NCBI RefSeq assembly: GCF_006345805.1 | Contig: NC_043004.1 | Span: 73,284,001 to 73,348,000 of the forward strand | DNA length: 64,000 nucleotides | Source of the DNA: Octopus sinensis | Lineage: Eukaryota | Reading direction: 5' to 3' | Shown here: piece after piece, positions 37,555-49,970 of the stretch | Position numbering within the stretch: the first letter of the stretch is position 1 | Layout of the letters: each line of letters begins with the position of its first letter | Notes under the pieces: model-generated | Database searches by the model: none | What the model was told of the DNA's origin: nothing | The model's input: only the letters and a program-made list of their open reading frames with translations | Program-made: the position numbers and the translations under genes

Positions 37555-39090
37555 CACGCATGTATGTATATATATATATATGAGTATATATATATATGAG
37601 TATATATATATATATATATATATGAGTATATATATATTTATATATCTGTGTGTATGTGCGTTAATATATACATACACAGACACACAGACACACATACATG
37701 CGCATATATATACATATTCCATCTTTTGGTGAAGCAGGTAGGTGCGTGAAGTGTCTCCTTGTGAATTTGATGTAGATTCACAGACCCGTCATTTAATATG
37801 TGAGAGCGTCTTTATTATAAGTTGGGACTTCCGGCCCAACTCGAACCTCGATTATCTTACTGACTCCTGTTTACCTCCTCCCGACCATTTTTATTAGACT
37901 TTTATTTATGTATTTATTTATTTATTCATTCATTTATTTTGTTGTGTTTTAGTTTCATTTCGCACGAACGAAATATCCCAAGCGTAGTTAACAATTTGTT
38001 TGGTTTACAGAAGAATCACGCGAGCGATGCCCTTATATGGAAATGGCTATAAATTTTTCTTATTAACATCAATTATTTAGGTGTTCTTACTATCGGTCAG
38101 AGATTCCTGGTTACACAAACCAGACTTGACATTTTGTTTTCAATGGAAGACAATATTATTTCGTTTACGTGATTGGTTTACAGAAAGAAAAAAAAAACCC
38201 ATTCTTTTTCAGTCTTCTTGCTCTATGGCTTTTAATGAGCTGCCTGCGTGCTTCAATCAATTTTATATTGCAGGAAGTTTTTACTGAAATTCCTTTCGTT
38301 TTTAAAACCCCTCACTTTTATTTAAAATTACTGTCCATTTTGTCTCTTCATTGTCTGACTCTTACAATGAATTCATTTTATTAAACAGTTTTGGTTATTT
38401 ATTAATCTAATTCTTTCTTCTCTACTTTTTCTATTCTTATAGCGCTGCCATCGATAAACCAATCAAAATAGGACTATAAACCAATCAAAGAGGATTTTCT
38501 GACAGATGAACCAATGAAATGGCGATTCATGACCGGTGTACTAACTAAATAAGACATACCGATAATAAATCAATCAAAACCCGTTTATGTCTATTCATCT
38601 ACTTGTAAGTTGTTAGGTCCATCCCCACTACCATCACCAGCTATACAATTGATAGAATCCGGTAGAGGGAATAACTGAATTAACGAATAACTTAATTACC
38701 AAGTAAGAATGAAGACAGATGGGTATATGTCAAGCCAATGACTTCTTCTGAAATTTACAATAACAGCGCAAGATTTAGTATTTCAATAGTTTACTTCTTT
38801 GACTGTTCACTCAATGTATTTTGCTCTAACATTATAAACTACACTAGTATTTACTGTTTATACTATTAATCTCTTCTTTCTTGTGTCTCTTTTTGTGTTA
38901 CTATCTACGCCATGTTATGGTCTATGTTGCGATAATGAAAACAAAATTGAATAAAATTGCACAATGAAATAAGATTTCTATTGTAGAAAGCCGGGACATT
39001 AAACCTGCTGCATCACAGCAAAATCAAAGTAGCAAATAAAGTGCAAATAAATAACTAAGTATTAAGTTCAGAACTGATAACAATACAGCA

Positions 39091-39491
39091 TAGCTGGCCG
39101 TTCCTACTGAAATGGGTTTAAGATATTGATTTCTGACATAGAGAGAGAACGCCACAAATTTAAACGGAAGGGTATAACCGATTTCATTGAACAATCGAAC
39201 TCGTATCCGATTTCCGATTGGTATTTTGTTTTAGTGACCCGTAAATATAAAACATGAAATACAAATACGACCGTCACAGGATTTATATTTTGAGTTCAAA
39301 TCCAGTGATGGTCGTATTTGTAATTCATATTTTAAGTTTACGGTTCACTAAAACAAAACACTAATCGGAAATCGGATACGAGTTCGCTTGTTCAATGACA
39401 TCGGTTAAACCTTTCCGTTTAAATTTGTGGCTTTCTCTTTCTATATCAGAAATCAATATCTTAAACCCATTTCAGTAAGAACGGCCGACTA
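39091..39491. mobile_element. 401-bp foldback (palindromic MITE-like) element
   Basis: 194-bp arms with ~19 mismatches and no gaps (by-eye count), 13-nt loop at 39285-39297, TA at both ends. Confidence 0.85.
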
Positions 39492-40329
39492 TTTTATTTA
39501 TTCAATACACGGTGATCGCTTATAAGCTTTAAGCTTATAAAACATTATTATTTACAAAATTGTAAAACTCGGCACCGCTTATCAAATCATCCCAGAAAAT
39601 GCATGTGCTCGCTTGTTCATATATATATATATATATATATATATGCATGCACACATACATACTCACACAAGTATATGCACACATACACACATCGCTAAAA
39701 CTAATTGATATATTCTTTTCTTGTTAATCTGGTTACCAAGTACATATATGTGTTGCGTGTGTGAATTGGGTACGTGTGTGTCTATATAAATGTGCGTATG
39801 TGTGTATGCTATATATACATGTATATGCCATTAATAAAAACATATGTAACCGCGTAGGATAGCCTGATGCACTACTTACCAAAAGTCGACCCTTTGTGTC
39901 CTGTTATCAAATTCAGTCCATAGCGAAAGATCTAACTTCACTTGGATAGTTTCAAGTGGTTCTATTTAAGTATTATAAGCAGGCACAGTCTGCATCTCTT
40001 TTTGCCAATAAGAGAATTATTAGATTAACAACTGTCTCATCATCTTTAACTGATTTATAAACAAGTAAAAGTATAGCTCAGAGAAGGATATGATCTCGCA
40101 TTCATAAAAAAACCAGCTATGTATTTCGGAAATGTTCGGAATTCTATTTTCCCAATTTTTTTCCCTACGTCGTAAAACTCAGATATTTGTTCTACTTAAG
40201 TTTTCATAAATTTTTGTTTACTTGTTGACATGTTGCATAACATATTGCCAACACGATACTATTCTTTAGTAGCAATTGTTATAATAAATATTTTGTTGCT
40301 CTGAACTCACCAATCATGCTCATAACATT

Positions 40330-40778
40330 TGAGTGTTACATTCGCTGATATTTTAGCTACATTAAAATTTCTTTCATATTTCTTCACTTCTGTTTTTCTG
40401 TTCTCACCCGCTCTCTTTTATTTTCTCGATTCTCCTACTTGCTCTATGTCTCTCGTCTTTTTTCTCTTCCTTTATTCTCTTTCTAGTTCGTTCTCCTTCT
40501 TCCCATTCGCTGTCTGATACTACCTGTTCTATGATGTATCGTTGATTTCCCGTAATTCTAATTCTATTACCTATGACACGCTTCGTCAAACTTGGATTAG
40601 TGACCTGGTCTTTAGTTCTCAGCTATTTAAACAGTTTTCTGTGTTCCTTTCTGTGGAAGAGCATAGACTCGAAACATTAAAGATTTTTCACTTCTCGAGC
40701 GTTATACTAATACATCTGTTTGTTGTCTACGCCACCTGTCTTCGTCTTTTGTTTCTTTTGTGTGTTTCTCCCCTATAT
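40330..40778 (+). mobile_element. Longer Penelope-like 3'/pLTR fragment with a decayed hammerhead-like motif (40647-40682)
   Basis: Homologous to 22800-22985; ends ttctcccc followed by (TA)n. The 5' boundary is uncertain. Confidence 0.6.
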
Positions 40779-41277
40779 ATATATATATATATATCCTTCT
40801 TCAAGAGCTCACGGTCATGACTTAGCTAGCAATTTTCGTCTTAGCGTTACATATACTCACAATTGAGCCTGTTGTTTTTTCCACACTACTCGGGAAATTT
40901 TCAAAATTTGATATTCTTTGCCACTTCGTGCCGTGTTCTATTTTGTCTTAGTCACACGAGCTAATAATTTCGCGTGGCTTAAATATTTGTTGTACTTTAT
41001 TTTCGTAAATTTTCGTAAGCTTGTCTTCTCTCGTAGCACCTTGTTTTCACGACATCGTTCATTTGTTATAAATCTACCACTACTCTGAGGCGAGCTATCC
41101 TATTGATAAAGTGTCCAAACTGCCTAGTTCTTCAGTCAACAGTAGATGAGTAAGAATAATATCCATGCTTTTCTCTTTCCTTAACCTATGCCTTTTACCT
41201 GTCGTCTGTGCTGAATTTTTATTCCATTTAAGCGTAATGTCACGTGGATATTTTGCCCGAAGTTATGTATGTATGTA

Positions 41278-41308
<31 letters not shown>

Positions 41309-42299
41309 GTCTGTCTGTATGTATGTATGTATAGATTTATGCATATATAGATATGTGTGCGTGTATTATAGTTGCTGTTGAATTTTACTATGACAAAATC
41401 TTTCTGAATTTTCTGCTCATATTAGATGACTTACCCAAAATTGGTAGTCGTAATGGATTGCTTCTTTATGAATAAAGGGAAACAAAAAACCTGAAGATAT
41501 TTTCTTGCCAAATCATTAGATTTACCTCCAGGAAGGTAAACAGCTTGTTTCTTACATTTTCGCGCAATCTGATTGAAAAACAAATGCTTTTTTTTAGTAT
41601 TTCTATTTTGTTAGTTGACATTCAACAGAAAAAGTCAAGAAATACTCCTTGAAAGAAAAGCTTTCACAGATGCATCGAAAACACGCGTGAAATGAAGTAA
41701 AAAGAAAAATTGAAAGAAAGAAGGCAAATGAAAATGAACAAAGGCAAGAGAACGATTTTAACGACTTGATTAACAATAACAACAGTAGCAACAACAACAA
41801 CAAACAGATTTGCACACACAGCTTTGCAAATATAGCAACCGACCAATAACGAAGTCTAGTAAGAGAAACAATAATGGCAGGAGTTTGTCAGGGGGAACTA
41901 TCTTTTTACGTGTTGGTTTGTCCAAAAACTAGCAAGGAGAAAGTTGACACTCGTCTGCTTCTGTATAATTTTGAATGCGTTCTCCGAGCAAATTGAAGGA
42001 ACCCTTGAGAAACATATAGGGGCGAATGGTATTCATTGAACAAAGCGGAGTGTACGACAGGTTTACTTGGTTTTCGAGGCCGTAAACGAGGTTAAAGAAC
42101 AAGCAGAGAGAGGAAGCTACACATCTATCCATACACTTGAACCGCAATATATGGTTCAGTGCAGCCTTTAGGTTTATAGTGCAATATGGGTGGATGGTAA
42201 GTGCGAAGGTGAGAAAAAATTAATAGTTCTTATGATATTTCTGAAACACAGGATTGCATCAAAGCTGTATCCTGCTAGGGGTGCAGAAATATGAGCAAA

Positions 42300-42830
42300 T
42301 GAGTCTAACGCCTATATGACTGCTAAATCTATGTGAGACGATTTTTGCCCCCAGGGAACATGAAAGACAGAGTGCAAAACTGACGGACAGTAACAAAACC
42401 ATCTGAAAACGTAATAGGTTCCCAGGTTTTGTTGTTGTTCCAATAGCCATGAGTGGAACTCTGAAAGTGGTGGAGGAGAGGAATAGATGATCATTGCGGA
42501 GAGAAAGAAAAAGAAACAAAAGGTGGTTCATAAGCGAAGGGAAACAGGGGTCTAAGACACTCGAAGAGAATACCAATCCACTGGACGACGTGATTTTTAT
42601 CACTGTGAGGTGGAGCAACATGTTCAGCTTAGAGATGGATTTCGATAGAACTGATAAAGATAAAGATGTTTTGTATGAGAAGGCAAAACTTAGGACCCAT
42701 ATAGAAAAGACAGACAAACGGTACGTTGTTGGTGATGACCATATGAATAATTTAACATGAAAGAGAAAATCTGGGAGACGTTGGAGGTACTCTAGACCCA
42801 AAATTTCTTGAGAGTCTTGGGTGCACCCAG
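42300..42830 (+). mobile_element. Highly degenerate LINE apurinic endonuclease (APE) remnant, RTE-like
   Basis: Fragments DDFCPQGT (cf. D.CC.QET), MIIAERK...KVV and DKDKDVLYEK..LRTHIEKTDKRYVVGDD (cf. KD.FY..L......GDFN), interrupted by stops. Confidence 0.45.
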
Positions 42831-43064
42831 TTTCAAAATAAGGATTCACAGGTAGGTATAAACATAAGGTACTCTAATAGGACCAAGCTTATGGATTCTC
42901 ACCCATGTGTGGAGAGTTCAGCTATCGTTTTCATTGTTTATATTTTATCATGCTTTAACTTCTGCGTATCTTTATATTATTTGATTCTAATCTTTGTCTT
43001 TCAACTCTTAGCAAAGTTTTAATGTTTATTGTATGACATCTTCATCTTTTGCATAGTTTATGTA

Positions 43065-43327
43065 TAACGTGATCACGTGACTTACCAGGACATCAGATGT
43101 TCCTACACATCGCTGGTCACAATGCGCTTCGCATTGTTTTAGCCTTCAATGACGCCAACAGAAGAAAGAGTGAAAGTTGTGGTGAAAGAGTACTGCCGGA
43201 GACTCGTGGAGCTTTTAGGTGTTTTCGCTCAATAAACACTCACAACCCCCGGTGTGGAAATCGAAACTGCGATCCTACGACTGCGAGTCTGCTGCCCTAA
43301 CCACTGGCCATTGCGCCTCCACAATTC

Positions 43328-43358
<31 letters not shown>

Positions 43359-43472
43359 CACGTGATCACGTGACAGACCAGGTTATCAGATGTTGTAACA
43401 CATCGCTGGTCACAATGCACTTAGCATTGTTTTAGCCTTCAAATTACACCTCCCCGCTGGCTAAGCGACCAG
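43065..43472 (-). mobile_element. SINE family C1 (43065-43320) plus a second C1 3' fragment (43357-43472)
   Basis: catcgctggtcacaatgcgcttcgcattgttttagccttc...cattgcgcctcc. Confidence 0.88.
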
Positions 43473-43473
43473 G

Positions 43474-43543
<70 letters not shown>

Positions 43544-43621
43544 TTGTCTTCACCCTCATGTTTTAATATTTTATTCGTATGTATGAGTCTTTGTATATAG
43601 TAAGTATTATAAATGTTATTA

Positions 43622-44175
43622 AGGCGGTGAACTAGCAGAATCGTTAGCACGCCAGGTAAAATGATTTACTTTTACTTTTACTTGTTTCAGTCATTTGACT
43701 GCGGCCATGCTGGGGTACCGCCTTTAGTCGAGAAAATCACCCCAGGACGTAAACACACCACCATCGGTTATAAAGCGTTGTTGGGGGACAAACACAGACA
43801 CGCAAACATATATATATATATACATATATACGGCGGGCTTCTTTCAGTTTCCGTCTACCAAATCCACCCACAAGGCTTTGGTCGACCCGAGGCTATAGTA
43901 GAAGACACTGACCCAAGGTGCCACGCAATGGGAATGAACTCGGAACCATGTGGTTGGTAAGCAAGCTACTTACCACACATCCACTCCTGCGCCTATGATT
44001 AGCAATATTTTGTCCGCCTTTACGTTCTGAGTTCAAATGCCACCAAGGTCGACTTTGCCTTTCATCTCTTTTGGGGGTCGATAAAAATAAATATCAATTA
44101 AGAACTGGCGGTCGATGTAATCAACTTGGCCCCTTTCCCGAAACTACTAGACTTGGGCAAAAATGTGAAACCATT
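43622..44175 (+). mobile_element. SINE family B interrupted by a minus-strand SINE A (43667-43994)
   Basis: B head at 43622-43660 resumes at ~44001; atgatt is duplicated at 43661-43666 and 43995-44000. Confidence 0.85.
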
Positions 44176-44180
44176 ATTAA

Positions 44181-44350
44181 GGAGGCGAGATGACAAAATT
44201 GTTAGCGGCATATTTCTTCCAGCTCCTTCCAATTAAACTTTCACGTTACCGCTCATCCCTTTCGAGATCGATAGAATGAAGTACCAGTCGTATACTGGGG
44301 TCGATGTAATCGACTTACCCTATTCACTAAACCGCTGCGAAAATGTGAAA
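44181..44350 (+). mobile_element. SINE family B, degenerate
   Basis: ggaggcgagatgacaaaattgttagc...gtaccagtcgtatactggggtcgatgtaatcgactta. Confidence 0.75.
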
Positions 44351-44635
44351 CAATTCTTGTTATTGTTGCTGTCGTTACTGTTAGGAGTAACGTTACCTAA
44401 GTTAACTAGGATGGTCAGTCAGTAGTCTAGTAAACACAGCCTCATAGCAAAATTGCCTTTCCTTTATTCTGCGAAGGTGTCTCTTATTAATGTCACAGAC
44501 TTCCCCCCATATTAGTTTCTTACAATTCGTTTGTATTTCTGTCTTGTCTATATCGTATTGTTTAAGCATTCTTAGAAAACAAGGCCGACTTTTTTATACA
44601 TTGTATGTAAATGTAGATCATTGAAGGGATAGGAC

Positions 44636-44682
<47 letters not shown>

Positions 44683-45333
44683 TTGAGCACACGTTTCTTG
44701 GTTGTTCGTAGAGCTTTGGATTTAAGGTCCATCTTATGTCTCATTTTTTTTTTGTTAACCATTAATACCGTCTTATTGACAATGTTTCAATTGCAGTCGT
44801 GATAAAAACGATGTCATTATGTGTGTGTGTGTGTGATACGGTTTAACACCACCTCTAGACCCTTGTGATTTTAGAGTATTACAGGCATTTGGACTACGTC
44901 TCCATTCTGCTTTAACTATTTCAGTATCCGCAATGAATATTATAAATACTTATCTAAAATGCGCCGTTCTTTCAGCAACAGTATTTTTTTTATCATCCGA
45001 TTGTTGAATAAATTAATATAAATTTAACCCAATATTTCATAACGATTAAGAATATCGATTGAAACCTTTTGTTGTAATATTTCTAACCAGAGTACACTCC
45101 AGCGTGTTTCAGTTATATTTTGAAAATACTTGAATTTAAACTAGTTTCGTAAAAGCAATTGTAAATTCTCTAGTATAGCAACACGTTAAAGTGATGTTTT
45201 AAGAAAACATATGCTTCTTTCGTAACTTCGTTATGGATTTTGTTTCGAAATTACCATAACTCCAGGTCAGTACAGGTAAAATCTGATATAAATTTTATTT
45301 AAGTACCCATCATATATTAAGCTATTGATATTA

Positions 45334-45612
45334 AGAGAGCACATTCAAAATGAGATGATTTGAGAACGAAACGAGGTGAACGGCGTGATCAGAGAATACT
45401 GCAAGCATATGTTCGCAGACAACAGGTAGACCCATGAAGTTGCCGTGTGGTAACCAAAAGATCAGAAAAGGCCACTTGGAAGGTTTTCTATTTATGTGGA
45501 AAGACGATTTGGTCAAGCAGTTTGGGTCGAGATGGAAAAGAATGACGCAATCAAAACAGAATTGGAAGCTCATTGTGACCAGCAGTGTATAGCAGCATCT
45601 AATTGCCTGGCC
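45334..45612 (+). mobile_element. RTE-like LINE 3' end remnant
   Basis: Peptide NEMI*ER...DNR*THEVAVW*PKDQKRPLGR (cf. D.RWT..V..W.P...KRP.GRP), followed by a sequence matching the SINE C1 tail. Confidence 0.6.
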
Positions 45613-47264
45613 AATACTGTAATACTACGATATTGAACTATCATCGAATATTATAACTGATACGGTTTACAAAATGTCCATTATATTTGTGAGAAATATG
45701 TTCTAATTTCGTCCAGTTTGTCCTTTTTTCATCACATTTTGCCTTGCGATTAGACTACGTTGAGATTATATGGAACAATTGGACTAAAAACAACCAGAAA
45801 CTAAATTAGTTTTTAATAGGTTTTAAGTCCTGAGAATCAGTATGGTTTCTTCTGAAAATATCTGAAGAGAAATATTTTGAAACTTTTCATTCTACTCTGC
45901 GATTGTTGGATATCACCAATACTAACTTCGTCACTTTCCAAAAGAAAATTATTGATTCACTCAGGAAAGGCCAATGGTAACTGGAAGATCCTATACAGGA
46001 AAATTTTTCTAAGAACGAAGCAGTATGATATAAACAGTAAATCCATACTCTCATTTATCAAAGAAGACAGTTTTGAACGCTATAAAAACATAGCTGTCAC
46101 TTGGTAGCTCTAAAAATGTAACATTGTCACAAAATTCTCCAAATATTAGATGAGTTGCAAAAATGTTAGGATACGTCTGGGATTTCGTTGCTACGAAGGA
46201 AAGTGGAAAATTAACTTCTATGAACGATGTCTGTCGGCTGACATTTCTGCACAACATGGTACCTTTTTAAGACATAAGCTGATTGATGAATGTCGAATTC
46301 TCAGTGACCTTCCAAGGGGGACGAGAATTAGTGATGATCGCTGACTATTGAAGCAGCAAGATTAGTAACATAACCAATGACTGCATTTCTCACTAGAAGA
46401 TGATGTTGATGATATACAATATTTTGCAAGATTTAGATTCCGTTTGTGTAAGGTAGCCATATTTTAGTCGTTTAGCTCACAGCAGTGCAGTATTGGATAG
46501 ATAATGAGTGACTAAGAAACTCAGCGATTTCCCTTAAAAATTATAAATACCAGCCAACATAACTATAAGAGTTAGTCATTAGTAAAAATAAAGCATAAAA
46601 CAAAACGAAAACCGTTTGCTGTTTGCTGTTTAAATTCTCTTCTGTTGATGCATAACTAATTGAAAAACTTTTAGACGACACAGAAATATCTATAAAAATG
46701 TTTAAATTAGTCAACTCAGAGTTAAAAAATATTTGTAGAGCTGATTAATTGGTCTTTCCCTTTATTTGACTCAGATTTGAATGAAATTATTTACATATTA
46801 ATTGGTTTTAACACTCACGTCTGATGCGCCATTTTGTCGCAGCTTCGTTTTACCTTATTTTGAAATGAATATAAACATGTAGCTTTGACATTCTGTCTAT
46901 ATGTCTGTCTATTTGCTTAACTGTCTGTCTGCTATGTACATCTGCATGTATGCGTCTATATGCATGCATACCTATGAGCGCTACTTATAACATGTAATCC
47001 AATACATGTCACAGAGGCGGCTTATCGGTGACTAAACCGACAACACCACCAAGCCTATTTGATGTAAAGAATGACTTCTGAACAACCTTCATGATAAAAA
47101 ACCCAAACCTGTCAAAAGTCGAATGAACTCACGGCGATTCGATAATGCATGTACATATGTGTATTTATGAAGATTCCCTTCCCTGAACCAGCGGTGTTTT
47201 TAATCCCAGATCATCTTATTTTTTTTTTGTTCGTCGTTAGTTTAACAGTTTCAGACATCTAGAG

Positions 47265-47499
47265 TGGTGGTTCTCAACCGGGGTCCATATAAGAATGGCT
47301 ATTAGAATTTATGTGCAATAAATTTGTTATACTTCTACTGTACACAAAATATTTACTTTTTTTTAATACAATTCCTTATTATATTTGATTTTAAAAATAC
47401 AGTAGGATGTTTCTATAAAGATCGAATGGTTATGGAGGTCCAGGAGAGTAAAATCGGAAACAAAGAGGTCCATAGGCAAAAAATGGCCGAGGTCCATTG
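47265..47499 (+). mobile_element. hAT (Charlie-like) MITE, copy 2
   Basis: Starts tggtggttctcaaccggggtccatataag, ends ataggcaaaaaatggccgaggtccattg. Flanks atctagag / ttttagaa resemble the NTCTAGAN target. Confidence 0.72.
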
Positions 47500-48078
47500 T
47501 TTTAGAATCTGAAAGTCATATCACACTTGCTTGTCACTAAAATTTGATGCGCGGGTATTTTTTCGCCCCATTTCGTTTCCCATTTATCTTTTTCCAACGA
47601 AAATTAAGACTCGACGTTCTTGGAGCCGTAAATAGACGACGAGCCTTTGCGACGGTTAGAGTATCACGTGTGTCATCTCATCGACAATGAAATACTGTCA
47701 CTTCTGCAATCTCCTCGCTCATGAGTGCACGCGTAAAATGTAGTATCCACTCACCGAAGTGACTGTGCCCTGCGTCGAATTATAATCAGAGTCAACGAGC
47801 TACTCTTGATTTTGCCCTACTGGGGTGTGTCTTGTTATCGTGAAAGACCTTCACAAGGGAGTACTATTTCTTAACAGAAAAGAGAAAGAAAGCGCAAAAA
47901 TTTTGTCAGACATGATAGCAAGTCGAAAGCTACGTATACATGTATATATATTTGTATGTATGAATATTGGAGAGTATGAACAAAACAGAAAAAGAAAAAA
48001 GTGTATGAAAACATGACGACTTTGTGCTCGTTTCCTGGAAGGTGAAATCTCACTTTTATCGCACTATCTCATTTGGTG

Positions 48079-48084
<6 letters not shown>

Positions 48085-48151
<67 letters not shown>

Positions 48152-48343
48152 GTGTGTGTGTGTGGTGTGTGTGTGTTTGTGTGTGTGTGTGTGCGTGTAT
48201 GTATATCTATACACATGTATATACATATATATACATATACATATATAGACATATATATATATATATACATATATATACATATATATACATATAAATATAT
48301 AGACATATATATATATATATATACATACATTAAATATATAGAC

Positions 48344-48426
<83 letters not shown>

Positions 48427-48430
48427 TATA
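48085..48430. repeat. (TA)n/(TG)n field
   Basis: Visible directly. Confidence 0.95.
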
Positions 48431-48879
48431 CAGACACTTCAATGGGACAGGTCAGTTTCTGTTTTTCCACTTTCTTTACCATACAGCTCTTCACAATTTA
48501 GTGTTTAGTGTTATATTTAAATACCTCGTTACTTATCTGATCATTGAATCGTGGGCAATGCAATCCAATGTGCTCCTCCTTTCTTTTAAAGATGGCAGTG
48601 TGTGATTTTATTGCAAGGTAGGTGAGGTGAGTGAGAGCTAGACCAGCGGCAATAAGGAAGACGAATGGGGCGACTTGGCCTGTGAAGATATTAGTATGCA
48701 ACCGATCTACATCAGAAAAGTAGAAATGTTATAACAGTGGCAGAAAAAGAGAAAAAGCTATTAGCTATTAGTTGAAGTCTGTTGGTGATCTGGTCATTCA
48801 CTTTTCGCCGAATTATCTTCTTTTGGATCTAGTGTAGGATAATGTTAATGTTAACAGTACTGTGGTGTTTCGACCACAG

Positions 48880-49030
48880 GGTCTACTCTTTGTGATGTGG
48901 TGGCTCGTGTGCCTCAATGACCTTGATAGCTATACTAGCGGAGCGTAAGCTTCTGTAGGACCTTCCATGCTGGACAGGTCAAAGGATAGAGGCCAGATTA
49001 ATATGAGCTACCTCATCCCCGAGGTAAAAA
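48880..49030 (+). mobile_element. RTE-clade 5' UTR-like remnant
   Basis: gtggtggctcgtgtgcctcaatgacc...agctat...ccatgctggacaggtcaaaggatagaggccaga resembles RTE 5' UTRs as I recall them; not verified. Confidence 0.4.
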
Positions 49031-49204
49031 CTGGTTTGCAAAGGGCCAAAATCATAACCCAGAAAAATGAAGTTACAGATGCATTGGTGCCAATTAAAAA
49101 CCAGCAAGAGCTGGGAGAAGGGTTCTTCCCTCAGCAAAAGACAATTCTGAATCGAGAGCAGGGGGAAAAATCGTCAATGACCTATGCTCCAAATGGAGCG
49201 AAAG

Positions 49205-49206
<2 letters not shown>

Positions 49207-49278
<72 letters not shown>
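49207..49278. repeat. (GA)n
   Basis: Visible directly. Confidence 0.97.
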
Positions 49279-49281
<3 letters not shown>

Positions 49282-49789
49282 GTAGCGAGGTGAACAGAAT
49301 GTAGTGCGAATATTACTTGAGATTTGTTGAATATTCGGAACGAACCAGGTTTGAAATATTTGCTCTCTCCTTCTGTCACTCTAAAGACGAACTCTAAATT
49401 TTGTGATGCAGTTTTGTTACTGATACATCAATGTGGTTGCCATAAGAGATCCTTATAGATTGAAAGGTCTGGCATTTGTAGATACGCTAAGAGTTTGTAA
49501 TTGCCTGTTATTCGTATCAAAAACTTTGATGCACACGATATTTTTCTCGATAAGTAAAGTGATCGAGAATTTGTGCTTTTGAAAGAAACAATATTCTCAG
49601 GTTTCTATGGAAGGATACTTTCAATTACTTTTTTTTCAGAGGATTTTGTGTATATTTGGCGTAAAGTGTTTTTGTCGCATATGGACGACGCCATTGTATT
49701 GAAGGTTAAGAAAGAATAAAGCGCAGTAATATCGCAGTAATATTAGAATAAAAAAATGTAAAAAGGCGAAATATTTATCTGCATGATGT

Positions 49790-49970
49790 GAGGAGAGGAG
49801 TGTGCGTTGTCAGAAGTAACGGTAAGTAGGTCATTAATGTAAAGGAGAGAAGGTGTAGGAGATATTGCTGAACCTTGAGGAGTACATAAGAGGTAATAGA
49901 ATGTGGGTCGGCGTGAGCTCAGTCGATATATACTGCTATGGTGTGGTCTGACAGGAAGCTTCCGATCCAA
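49790..49970 (-). mobile_element. LINE reverse-transcriptase fragment (CR1/Jockey type)
   Basis: Peptide TPQGSAISPTPSLLYINDLL (cf. GVPQGS.LSP.LF.LYINDL). Confidence 0.75.

Noticed and set aside
42259-42849. 196-aa minus-strand ORF
   Set aside because: It is antisense to a purine-rich degenerate LINE endonuclease remnant and resembles no protein I recognise.
45862-45895. CTGAAGA-gaaatatttt-GAAAC
   Set aside because: No GUH/NUH with stem III pairing and no stem I. Expected by chance in AT-rich DNA.
48498-48701. 67-aa minus-strand ORF with a TM-like segment (faintly NDUFA4/NMES1-like) and an acceptor at ~48681
   Set aside because: Its 3' half (48560-48610) is the antisense of dispersed repeat family E, and the conserved PW motif of that protein family is absent.
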